Shown: positions 52,175-64,000 of the stretch, in pieces | How positions within the stretch are numbered: the first letter of the stretch is position 1 | Layout of the letters: each line of letters opens with the position of its first letter | Assembly (NCBI GenBank): GCA_965285935.1 | Contig: OZ260666.1 | Location: 21,762,001 to 21,826,000, forward strand | DNA length: 64,000 bases | Direction: 5' to 3' | Source: Ophelia neglecta | Lineage: Eukaryota | Program-made: the position numbers and the translations under genes | Notes under the pieces: generated by a model | What the model was told of the DNA's origin: nothing | What the model saw: the letters and a program-made list of their open reading frames with translations, nothing else | The model's database searches: none

Positions 52175-53169
52175 CAGACCACAGAGTTAGACCATAGAGG
52201 TCAGACCATAGAGGTCAGACCATAGAGGTCAGACTATAGAGGTCAGACTATAGAGGTCGGACCATAGAGGTCAGAGCATAGAGGTCAGACCGTAGAGGTC
52301 AGAACATAGTGGTCAGAAAATAGAGGTCAGAAAATAGACGTCAGACCATAGAGGTCAAAACATAGAGGTCAGAACATAGAGGTGAGAACATAGAGGTCAG
52401 ACCGTAGAGGTCAGAACATAGAGGTCAGACCATAGAGGTCAGACCATAGAGGTCAGAACATAGAGGTCAGAGCATAGAGGTCAGACCGTAGAGGTCAGAA
52501 CATAGAGGTCAGAACATAGAGGTCAGACCATAGGGGTCAGACCATAGAGGCCAGAACATAGAGGTCAGAACATAGAGGTCAGACCGTAGAGGTCAGAATA
52601 TAGAGGTCAGACCATAGAGGTCAGACCGTAGAGGTCAGAACATAGAGGTCAGACCATAGAGTTCAGACCATAGAGGTCAGACCCTAGAGGACAGACCATA
52701 GAGGTCAGACCATAGAGGTCATAGAGGTCAGACCATAGAGGTCAGACCATAGAGGTCAGACCAATGAGGTCAGACTATAGAGGTCAGACCAATGAGGTCA
52801 GACCAATGAGGTCAGACCATACAGGTCAGACCATACAGGTCAGACCATACAGGTCAGACCATACAGGTCAGACCATACAGGTCAGACCATACAGGTCAGA
52901 CCATACAGGTCAGAACATACAGGTCAGACCATACAGGTCAGACCATACAGGTCAGACCATACAGGTCAGACCATACAGGTCAGACCATACAGGTCAGACC
53001 ATACAGGTCAGACCATACAGGTCAGACCATACAGGTCAGACCATACAGGTCAGACCATACAGGTCAGACCATACAGGTCAGACCATACAGGTCAGACCAT
53101 ACAGGTCAGACCATACAGGTCAGACCATACAGGTCAGACCATACAGGTCAGACCATACAGGTCAGACCA
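52175..53169. repeat. 14-bp satellite, ~70 units (AGGTCAGACCATA[G/C])
   Basis: Variable TAGAGG-type units up to ~52815, then near-perfect TACAGG-type units. Confidence 0.96.
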
Positions 53170-54061
53170 CTAGAGTATTCGATATAGAGAACGGAAAACT
53201 AGACACAGAAAAATGTTCGCCGGTAAAAGTTATTTTTTCACGGTATACTTTCGACTATGCCGTCGCCCAAACTGTGTAGAAGAAAAACTGGATCCATTTT
53301 CGAGATGCTTTCTTAAGTTTTGGGATATGATTATCCTATTTTCGCTTAGCTGTGACTGCGTTAACAGGTGTTTCCATTGACTATGGTTAAACTTAAAACC
53401 AACACGCGATACCAAATTAAGACCGATTATTCACTTTATTCGGATTTTAACCCGTGTTTATACCGCTTCTAGAAACCGTGCCCAGAAGTAGTATTCATTG
53501 CGACACGCTGACACATCTAATTTTGCTTGGTCGAACTCCATTTCTCGTCCCGAGGACCATGCTCGAGTTGACTCGGAGCCTGTTGGCCCAGTGGCGCTAC
53601 ATGACACGTGATGGCATATGAGATGTTGTAGCTGCAAATTTCCCAAACCGTAGTCAGTGAATTACTGTCAGAAAGTATTTGCGTACCAATTTTCCAACGA
53701 ATGGGCCTGTCGCAGAAGTATAAACAGAAATACAGTCAGGTCATCTCCCAGACGGCTCTCTGTTTCCCGGGCATATGAGTATCGACGATGAAATGTCGGA
53801 CTGGTTTCATGTCTCCCGGACACTGAGTACACAAGCATCCGAAATGAAATGTCGGGCAATCTGGCTGAAGCGGCTTGTACGTTCATTTGATATATACCTC
53901 CAGTGTCTCTAGAGCAGGAAAACAAATAAATATCTAGGCTGTAAGATTATTACTATGTCATTCGCCACTGACGCTTAGGTTTGCACAATAAACACTGACT
54001 CCTGTCGGCGTTTAAATGCTGTTGTTTTCTACTAGCTCTTCATTTGACAATATTCATGATG

Positions 54062-57000
54062 TCAACTTATACCGACAGTTTCGTATTTTTCCATTTTAGG
54101 CTGTCCATGCTCTCGGTATAGCTGTGAAATAAATGTTTTGAAATTGGTTACAGTTTGATGTACAATCATTCTATGATTTTAGTTTAGTTATACGCATTTT
54201 TTTCTTTTGTACAAGGATACACGTTACATATAGCCTACATTAATAATATACATATAGCCTACATTACTAATATACATATAACCTACATTACTAATATACA
54301 TATAACCTACATTACTAATATACATATAGCATACATTACAAATATACATATAGCCTACATTACTAATATACATATAGCCTGTATTACTAATATACATATA
54401 GCCTACATTACACCGTTACCTTCTCACAACCCATGGCAGTGGCGAATCCAGGATTTCAGGAAGAGGGGCCCAAAATTTTCCAAGACTGTCAAGGCAAATG
54501 TCTTGATCGTCCCCGTTACCAACCCTCTGAAAGGGGGGGTGCCAGCCCTGCCCCCCCCCCCCCTGAATCCGGAACTGCATGGATAGTTTGACTACGTGAT
54601 TGATATATCAATAATCACCTGGGCACTTTCATACTCAAATTCCACAATGTGATTTCTGTTGGAGTTTTTCAGTTTTTCGTCTTTTGAATTGACCACATTC
54701 TCGTTTCTTTGGAAGTGTTTTGTGATAGCTTCCTGCGAGATGGCGATGAGGGTTCCCATCCAGGCGAGACCACAGAGAATCCAGGTGATTATAAACAACC
54801 GATATCCTGTTCTTGGAATCAAGTCGTCTGCTCTACCTAGAGGGGAAGTGAGTTCTTAAAATTACGTAAGGAATGTTCTGACGAAACCCTTAGCAGTTAT
54901 ATTAGGGACAATCGAAAATGATAATGTTCATACGTTCAAAACTTTAGTTGCAATTTTAAGTTTAAGATAATGTTCAAACGTTCAAAACCTTAGTTGAAAT
55001 TTGAAGTTTATGTATAAAATAACCAGTGGTCGTCAGGCCACGCTTAAATAAAGCTATTGTATTGGCCGTCAACTTAAATATGCTGGCCGACAGTGAATAT
55101 TCGCGTGATTAGAAAGACGATGAAACAGTTAACGATCATTGATGATGGTTGTAGAGCCCACCAGATGCTGACGCCGAATCGTGCAAAACCGATCACCATA
55201 GGGCTTACAAACGAGGAGCCAATCATCGCAGTGTTTACAAATGAGGAACCAATCATTGCAGTGCTTACAACATAGCTAGATCAGGTCGGGTTAGGGTCAG
55301 GGTTAGGATTAGCTACGCACGATTTAGAACGCCAGGAAACCTTTAGTAATGGTCATATCTTACCCGGCACATAATCTCCGAATCCTATGGTTGTCAGGGT
55401 AATGACACAGTAGTATATACTCGTACTGTAATCCCATCTCTCTGTATGTTGAAACAACAAAGCCGGAAGGAACAGAAACACACCGGCGCTCAACAGGAAA
55501 AAGATCACTTTCAAGGTCAAATTCCAGAGTTTTCCTGAGTGGCAATTCCTCCCCTTGGAGTACACTGCATTGGTGAAATGTTTCATCTTGTCTGCCACTG
55601 CTTTGGTCGCCACAAGGAAAAGAGGGATTCCGATACAGGCATACACTACACAGAACTGACGGCCTGCAGTCGTTGTTGGTGCTCTCATGCCATAACCTGT
55701 AGAACAAAACGGGTCGAAGTGAAAGAAATTCTCCCCTGCTAACCAATTTGCCAAAAAGCCAAGCAGGTGCACGGTTAAATTGTCGATTACCACATGGGGT
55801 ACTACACCAGTGTTATATGTTTTAGGAAATCGGAAGTGGGGACATGACGTCATACATTTCATGTTTTAGATTTATCGTAGGCCATGTTTAATTATACGCA
55901 AGTTTGAGATTTGCAAAGGATCCCGAGTGGATCTATTTCGTCTGATGTTTAAATCAGGAATACTAAATTACCATACAACATTTTTGTCTGATACTGAAGT
56001 CAGTCCGAATGCATTGACGTATGTCTATGAACTAACAACCAATCTGAGAGTAAAAAGACCAAATAAATAAATAGTGTTGATTATTTCTGAAATCCTCTAC
56101 ACTACTTACCTATGGTAGTTACCACGGTGCCTGCAAATATCATGGCGCTGAACACATCCCAGTTACTGGCGGAAGTGTGATTGCCTGAGACTGAGATGCC
56201 ATAGTAGTGTCCAGTCTGCAGTGCTAATACCAACCTTCCCAAGTCTGCTTCGGTGACACATGTGTTATTACCTAGCGAAAGAATAATGACCTGCTTATGT
56301 TTTTCGCAAATAAAAGCCACAGTTGGCACAGGCAGTACTAATGTTTAAAGAAGTTATATTTATTTTGCTAAAAATTATAGCACTCATATAGGGTTGAGTG
56401 TCCATTGTGTTATTGTTGAACACGTGTCTCTGTAACTAATGCTGAGTTTGTTTCGTCCACACTTATACGTAGCTCGTATTGTTTGTTTCCTTGCAGTGGC
56501 GGATTCAGGGGGGGGGGGCAGGGGGCCCCCAAAAAGGGGGCCTGGACCAGGGCCTATTTCTGGACCCACGCAAGGTGCTTTCAGAGGGTTGGTAACGGGG
56601 ACAATCCAGACATTTGCCTTGTCAGGCTTGGAAAAATTTGCCCCCCCCTTCCTAAAATCCCGGATCCGCCACTGCCTTGTTACATTTTCTTACAGATCGG
56701 AAAGCCCATGTATATTGGTGTTCGTCTGTTATTATGCTTTAATTTGTTTGCGACATTGTTACGTCATTGTATGTTCTTTACTCATGTTCATGTTTCATGA
56801 TGCCTGCATTTCGCTATCAGTGGCATAAAATATTAACAACAACATTTGTTACCGATAGTAATGGCTTAAATAACTTTCTATGGTATACTTCCATTCGAGC
56901 ATTGTCCTTCAAAATACCTACCTAGAAATGTTTGTCTCGCCTTGAGCACCGCGACCCGAGCATTCTGCTCGCTCTCTTCTTCCGTGATATAAAATACCAC

Positions 57001-57063
57001 TCCTCCCATTATGATGTAAGCCAAGAGGGAGCCTAGAACGGCAAATACGGTCAATCCCTTCAT
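54062..57063 (-). CDS. K2P channel paralog D (TALK/TASK-2-like), ~304 aa
   Basis: Exons 57063-56922, 56271-56110, 55696-55364, 54836-54619, 54121-54062 (915 nt). The last exon is uncertain: a further short exon after an acceptor near 53910 is possible. P1 TTIG|YGMRAP, P2 TTIGFGDYVPG, M4 GYRLFIITWILCGLAWMG. Confidence 0.88.
54225..54410. repeat. 24-bp minisatellite (~7.5 units)
   Basis: Unit TACATATAGCCTACATTACTAATA. Confidence 0.9.
54437..54577. mobile_element. hAT5-like MITE (internally deleted, inverted), 5-bp TSD CATGG
   Basis: CAGTGGCGAATCC...AATCCGGAACTG flanked by CATGG. Confidence 0.75.
56494..56674. mobile_element. hAT5-like MITE, 5-bp TSD CCTTG
   Basis: CAGTGGCGGATTC...GGATCCGCCACTG flanked by CCTTG. 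Confidence 0.85.
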
Positions 57064-57720
57064 ATTTCAGCCACTATAAACTACAAAAGAATTGTGAATG
57101 GCCATCGAACTATATCATCACATTCATTCCACTACTGCCGTTAAGAGATCATTGCCTAGACGTTGGTTATAACATGGTGCAATTTATTTTTCGTGTGCTG
57201 CCGAATTGCCTCACGATCAATATGCACATATAAATAATAAAGGGTGGAAAGTTCCAGCGCCTCTATGCTACAAAACACCATCAATGTATCTATGGCTGAC
57301 AGTTTCTTGTTGATTAATCGCTTTTTTATAATTCGCTTTTCACAACAGAGTCAACTGGCGACCCCTGCATATTATATTGCTGAGTGCGGTGAGTGCAAAT
57401 ACTTTTTATTAAAAATCAGCTCTCTCAGTCAGAGCTGGTTAAAACTCTCAAGGTACAATAAATCGTAATCATTAGGGTTCTTGCATATGATTTGTCATAA
57501 ATAGATAGTGATTAACCAAGTAATTGCCAGAACACCCCATACGGGATATTTTTGGAAAGAAAACAAAAGGGCCCCCTTTAGCGGTTTTGAACAGACTGAC
57601 GAAAATCGCGAAATGAAAAATACAATACAAATTCAAACAATTAAAATAGCGCTCCTTCTGTCATGGCTGACACGTGCCTTAACAAATTTGTCACCAAGCA
57701 CACAGGTAAATCTCGGGCTT

Positions 57721-57807
57721 CCCTTCGTAGCAGAGTACACAGCTCCGTACTCTTCGCCTGGTGATGCGGGGAAGCTATGCGATAAGCATTAGCCTCTGCT
57801 ACGAAGG
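57721..57807. mobile_element. ~90-bp palindromic mini-element (copy of 14548-14637)
   Basis: CCCTTCGTAGCAGAG...CTCTGCTACGAAGGG. Confidence 0.65.
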
Positions 57808-60011
57808 GTAATCTCGGGCGAGCTTACGTTAATAACTCGAGTTGCTAGAGTTGCGCCGGAAGTCACGGGGTTCGCATGCGCAACTGTCACTTCCGCATGA
57901 CGCTTGTATTCTAGTAGACGTGCCCGCAGTCGACCATATTTGCAGACCATGGGACCCGAGGTACGTGCTGTCATGATATTGCCACATATCGGGATCTAAC
58001 GTTTAGCTCTGACATAACTTGGCGGAAAACCAACGTCGGCGTAAAAACTGTAATACCTAAAAAGTGTATTCCTGGAACACAATTTATATGTTATTAAATG
58101 AAAATTGACTACCACAAAAAAGTGCAGACACAATACATAAAGTTCTAGGATGATTAGGGTAAAACATGTGTTACGCTAAAACAAAATGTTGAAGCCTGTG
58201 TTGATTGGGAAAATACAACTTTGCAACGGAAAAATAACGTGATGAGAGAATTTAAATCAAACCAAACACGCGAGTATTCCAACGCATTTAGAACGGTCTC
58301 GCCTGTTCAAAGCGAATTGCATGTATAGACCCAATCGATGTGGACAGTTTATTCAATGGAACCTTAAAAATATCTCGTAGATTTAAATTTATAGGTTATA
58401 ATCTATAAACCAATAAGCTTGTCCCCAGATGAGCATGTGAGCAAGACGTGAAATATCCTATGCTTAGTTGTTACGATTCCCTCCACATAACCAGTGCCCG
58501 ATTGGCTACATTTTATTATACGAGGCCATTGTGGGAAATAATCATTCCCATAAGGAAATGAGAATGTTGATGATTGGACTGCAAGGCGTTTACCAAAAAA
58601 ACGTCACGAGAATTGAACCCAACGTGTCAGATATTTTGTCTATGTGGCCGGATTTCGTGTAAGTCAAATAATAAATGATCCCCTCTAACGCATATCTCAC
58701 TCCATTTACAATGAAGAAAGTATTTGCAAAGCGGTAACGATCCACGAGATTTAAAATAATCTCTGTTATAATTCCCCTAACATCCTTTGCATATGTTATA
58801 TGCTACAACTCGCCCCACCTCCTAAAACAGAACGCACCCTCCCCCCTCCTTCCACCCCTGTCACCTAATGTCGCCTTCTAAAAGGCAGAGCAAGTACGCA
58901 CCATTCATTCCAGATTGTCTGTGGCTTGTGAATAAAATAAAGTAGGCATCAATTCACATCGCACTACGCAAGCAGATCAGACGGAAAGTTTACTCAGTCT
59001 AATAATACATTAAGATATGGATTGTCCCATGACTAAAATTAGAAGTCATATTTAGGCTTGTCATAAGTTAAGGCTCATCATTTATGTCATTCTACCATAT
59101 ACTTGCATGATTCATTGCAAAAAGTTCAATTAGCAGCCGGTATGCTTATACTGAAAGGTTTGTCGCGGTGTCATGTTTTCCAGGTGCCTATGAGACCATT
59201 AGAGAAGGGATAATTTAACATGTAAAAAGACGAATGGTAGGGGTCGGTGGTAATCTGAGGTGGTACTCTGACGAGATGTGGGTGGCGAGCTTGGCCGTTG
59301 GGGGGGGGGGGGAGTCAGACACATGGTGGTGGGGTCTGAAGAGCTATAGCTTTTTGGTGTTGGGGTCTGAAAATAGAAGCAAAAACGCTTGTAGCAGCTA
59401 CGTAATGTTTGAATAGAGCAATGACATGTTCAGGCACGATTGGTTAAATATCGAAACTTTTGGGTATTGATAAAATTGATAGATTTGTGTGTCATCAAAA
59501 TATATTAATCGTGTTCAAGTCAAATAACACCTGCCATCCCTTTCCTTGTCACGATTCAGCCTAAAGTAGAAGTCCGTTATGTCTGACTGAATGGGGAATT
59601 TTACGCGTTAACGTCGATTGCAAAACCAAATGCATCTAACGTTAGATTGTTTTAGACCTAGCGAATATTTCTATATAGTTTTCAGTATTGTGAATAGTTA
59701 ATAGTAACAGAAAGAACCAGGAAACGTGAAACTTACATTTTTTGACTATTTGTTAGCAAGGAGTGCCCAACCACAAACATCCTGCTTAAAACCATTACGT
59801 GAACACTTATGTTTTCTTCAAACACCGCACTTCTATGGACATTCAAAGCGGATTTCATCAGAACTAAATTATCCTACTATAATGTCATCTTTTACGAAGA
59901 CAATGGGCAGCACTAACGCTTAAATGTGTTATGTCACCATTTAGATATACCACAACGATCGTGTCAGCTTGGGGAAAAATAGTTTTAAGTGTCGGAACTT
60001 CCACGCTAACG

Positions 60012-60019
60012 TATAAAAA
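60012..60019 (+). promoter_or_regulatory. Putative TATA box of the MMP gene
   Basis: TATAAAAA about 120 nt upstream of the ATG at 60133. Confidence 0.5.
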
Positions 60020-60132
60020 GGGTGAAAGACAAGTTCATAGTCATTTATAGTCTAAAGCGTATTCCGGTCGTCAGTTGTATGCAGCTCGGATCCAAATTAA
60101 ACGAACATTGTTTAAAAAGCAACCAGGTAAAG

Positions 60133-63100
60133 ATGACCAGTACTCAAAGAGTGTTCGGGTTGTTTTTACCTGTCGCGTTGTGCCTGTCAGCCACCTTTGC
60201 CGCCCCCGTGGGACATGAAGGTGAACAGACGACCTTACCAACAGACGGACCTGAAGGCAAGACTATGGAATCTAGAGAACAACAGCAGGTAAAAAACACC
60301 TTTCGGAAACTCGCACTATATATCTGCTCTAAACAGTACAATTAAATGGCTTTTGGTACTTAATATTTCTATCAATTGATGTTTATTTCATATTTGTAAT
60401 TTACATCATATTTTTAATCATGCGTCAGTGTATCTAGAATGAACACATACATCCATTCCTTTTTCGAATTAACAAATACATCCTTTGCTTTTTCGAATTA
60501 ACAAATACAGTTAAACCTGCCTTAAAGACCACCTCTATATTCCGACCACCTGGAAATTAAGACCACTTAATTTAAGACCATACTGTATACTTCCAATGTA
60601 AAATAACCTTTCTAAACAGACCACCTCCATAATCAGACCATTATTTTTTAGTCCCTTGGGTGGTCTGAATTCACAGGTTTCACTGTAGATCCTTTCCTAT
60701 TTCGAATTAGCAGTTTTTACTTTTTGAATCGATAATTCTTGCAAGAAATAATTGGTCTGTTATAACAAATAATAATGTAATTGCTTACCATGTTTTCCTC
60801 GCCAGGAATACCTGCGTCGGTTTTACGGCCTAGAGCCCAAAGACCTTGACGGGTTTGCTTCCGTCCTGACCGATCAAGATAAGGCTTTCAAAGACGCCAC
60901 CAAACGTCTTCAGCATATGGCAGGTCTCCCAGAAACAGGAGAGGTTGACGAGGAGACGCGCAAGGTCATGGAGCTGCCTCGTTGTGGGGTCAGTGATGTA
61001 CAAACGAAAGACGTTAGCTCTCGAAAAAAGCGGTTTGCACTCCTCAATAGCAGATGGAGCAGGAATGACCTGACGTACAAAATAGTAAACTTCTCCCCCG
61101 ACATGCCGCAAGAAACACAGGAATCGGAGATAGCAAGAGCATTTAATGTTCGTATAAGTCTGCTGTTTACTCCTTAATCTTGTGTATAGTTAGTATTAAC
61201 ATTATGCATTATACAATGTCAACATTAAAGAATATTGGGAGAGGTTACCCGGGAGACAAGCCTTAAGCGGAAATCAACAATAGTCCGTTGCATCGGTTCA
61301 ACTACATCGTGTTCTCTTTTTCTAAGAGAAATAACATATAGGAATGAATGATAATAAACCATTAATCTGATTTTCCTTCCAGGTTTGGTCTGAGCATACT
61401 CCTTTGACTTTCAGAAGGGTGACTACCGGCAGGGCAGATATAGATGTGTTGTTTGCCACGTATGAACACGGTGATGGGATACCCTTTGACGGGCCAAGAG
61501 GTGTCTTGGCGCATGCGTTCTCCCCCCAATTTGGCGGAGACACGCATTTGGACGATTCGGAAAGCTTTACTGCATTCAAATATTCAGGTAAATATTACTT
61601 TCTCGCTGGCAGCCATCCCATGCCCAGTCATGTGTATATCTAATGTTTACAAATGTTCTTTCTTCCGTAATATTGTCCGCCTTATGTGGTAAGGTAGATT
61701 GTTAATAAAACAACTCTTCTGAAGAAGACATGCAATGCGACTGTTATTGTCTAAATCTATAGTATCACATGAAAATGACATAATAAAGTACTTAACATGC
61801 ATGTGGCGTTTTTAGGCATCAACATGTTCCAGGTAACTGCTCATGAGTTCGGTCATGCATTGGGTCTGGCGCATTCCGACGTGCGGTCCGCCCTAATGGC
61901 TCCTTTCTACCGTGGCTTTGTACCTGGCTTCAGCCTGAACCAGGATGATATAGACGGCATACAATATATCTATGGTAAAACTTGTGTATTTCTATAAAAG
62001 TATTAACAACGTTTTATTTGAATACGAAGAATATCTGGTAATTTTCTCATGATTATTAAGGAGGCCAACTACCACTAGGACAGCATATCTACTTTACTTC
62101 AACATTAAACATTTGTGGGTTTTTTGTATTAGAAATTACTTTTGCACTTGGAAATTTGTTTATTTGTTAGTAGTAGCAATACGGGGGTTACGCTCAGTAT
62201 GCTACGCATTACAGTGGTGCTTATGTTGAATTATCAACCAAAAACCCAACTTTCATCCAACAAAATAGTCCTGATTAAGTATTCAAATGTGATGTACAAT
62301 TTAAGATTATTCATAGCAAACTGGGGCACTGTCCTAATGAACCCCACACCGAGTATCACAATGTCACGAATCATTCTCACTTATCTTATGACGAGTATGT
62401 CAAAATTATTCATTGTGATCTTGTTATCTTGGAATGTCTGGAAATATTAAGGAAATGGGTAAAGTCGACACGAATAGACATAATCCTACTCGTAGGGACA
62501 AAATAGCACTTCCGCCTGTCTGATGACATTCCTTGTCTTTGTAAACTGTTGGGTATCCTGTTGCTTTCAAATTTCGTCACAACTAGGGAGGTAACAGAAA
62601 TTCAATCGTTTTGCACTGAGCTACATTTCTAGAGAATGGAATTGATGGGAAACCCAATACGTGTGGTGTCTTTCGGATGCGGTTTTCTAATAGACCCCAT
62701 GGTCTAGTGGACCCCTTATCCTGATTGGCTCCAGGCATTATTAGAGTGCATATTCTATAGAACCCTGTGTCTCGATAAAACCTGTGTCCCAAATGGGTCA
62801 GTGTCCTTGTGAATCCCGTGTCCTAATGGGACCTGTGCTTAAGAGGTCCCTGTGCTGGTCGCCTCCCAAAATGTTTTCCATTTTGCCAAACAATGTTCAT
62901 GTTTATAAACATTACTGAATGGTTTCTTGGGGTTTTGTCGTCTATTCAGTAAATAAGAGAAAACTACATTCGCATTTCTTCATGTCTCGTATTAAAAAAC
63001 ATGAAAATTTATGCTTTCCAGGAAGAAGGGTCTCTGCCACGCCTAGACCCACCGCCTCTCCAACGCCTCTTACGAGGTCAACTGCGAGACCAACAAGGTC

Positions 63101-64000
63101 CACGAGACCAACCCCGACGACAGGTCGCAGTACTACTACAACGACAAGGTCGAACAGCTCTGACCCTTGTATGGATGCTCAGTTTGACGCCATTACCCTA
63201 TACAATGGTCGTACATATGCCTTCCGCGGATCACAGTATTTCCGCTTGAACGACTACGGGATCGACGCCGGTTATCCCAGGAACATCGCATCTGATTGGT
63301 CAGGGATACCCAACAACATTGACGCTGCCTTGTACGTGCATACACAATACAACTACTACTATCGTAATGGACGCTGGTACAGAAACGTTACTCCCGAGAG
63401 CACTTACTTCTTCAAGGTTCGCGTTGAGAGTTGAAATACTTATTAATTTTCCCTTAAACCCCGAAGTGGTGATGACTTTATCAAAGTTTTGGACTGTCCC
63501 TTAAAATAATCTGTTTATTTCATTGTTGTTCCATGTCAATCTACTTTAAGGGTTCCCAAGTTTGGTGTTTCGGGACATACGGTCCTAGGGCGGGATATCC
63601 AAAGTCTATTGGTTCTGAGTTTCCTGGCTTGCCGAATGATATAGATTCTGCCTTCGTCTGGAGAGGAAGGCAGAAAATATACTTCACCAAAGGTATTTAA
63701 CATTCAGTTTCGCAATTTGCCTAAACGTCAAGGTTAGTGCATTTCCAATAACACAAAAAGAGTACAGTATTTGTGCTTATCATACGTGACCTGTGTTTTC
63801 TGCGGGATGCCACTGCCTTGTGGGAATTAGCGTTTCCATGTACCAGCCGTGTAGTGATCAAATGAGTATGAATTTGTATGGAAACGTGTGCTATATTTCT
63901 TTCCGTTCAAATAATGTACAATTTCAAAATATGACGTTCTCTGTGATACAGGCAATCTTTACTACCGTGTGACCATGGGTTCAGGAGTAGACGCCACCTT
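60133..64000 (+). CDS. Matrix metalloproteinase (M10A matrixin) with hemopexin repeats; 3' end beyond window
   Basis: Exons 60133-60288, 60806-61147, 61383-61587, 61816-61974, 63022-63416, 63551-63692, 63952->64000. Signal peptide, cysteine switch PRCGVSD, furin site RKKR|[30 protein letters not shown], Met-turn ALMAPFY, Thr/Pro/Arg hinge, hemopexin blades (FDAI, IDAAL, IDSAF). Confidence 0.96.
60508..60685. mobile_element. Tigger/pogo-like MITE in MMP intron 1
   Basis: TA-CAGTTAAACCTG...CAGGTTTCACTG-TA. Confidence 0.82.

Noticed and set aside
52764-53279. 171-aa ORF of QTIQVRPYRSDHTG repeats
   Set aside because: Translation of the 14-bp satellite; no splice or domain support.
57240-60010. 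Shared NF-kB sites in the divergent K2P-D/MMP promoter region
   Set aside because: The motifs (GGAAAGTTCC, GGGGAATTTT, GGAACTTCC) are imperfect, differ from each other, and are expected by chance in 3 kb.

Overview
AT-rich, intron-rich animal genomic DNA, most likely a marine lophotrochozoan-type invertebrate (inferred from the SINE/MITE repertoire), with one assembly gap (N 25588-25722). The window holds seven spliced protein-coding genes, all reconstructed by hand. (1) A ~300-aa ATP-grasp ligase of bacterial RimK/DcsG type on the minus strand: a 3-codon first exon plus one 894-nt exon, and a candidate domesticated horizontal transfer. (2) A two-domain rhodanese / mercaptopyruvate sulfurtransferase (minus, active loop CGTGLT). 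(3-6) A cluster of four TALK/TASK-2-like two-pore K+ (K2P) channel genes, one on + and three in tandem on -. The paralogs differ at known functional positions: the pH-sensor residue after GYG, the cap cysteine, a 10-aa M3 deletion, a His at the M4 hinge, a GC splice donor and a stop-containing decoy exon. (7) A furin-activated matrix metalloproteinase with hemopexin repeats that runs off the right edge. Between and inside genes lie many non-autonomous DNA transposons (8-bp-TSD hAT, 5-bp-TSD hAT5-like, Tigger/pogo, Harbinger, Merlin-like), a 5'-truncated SINE with a 14-bp TSD, two decayed LINEs, a tRNA-Asp-derived pseudogene, a degenerate minimal hammerhead-like motif, and several minisatellites, including a ~1 kb array of AGGTCA half-sites. 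Exon boundaries were read by eye and have no transcript support.
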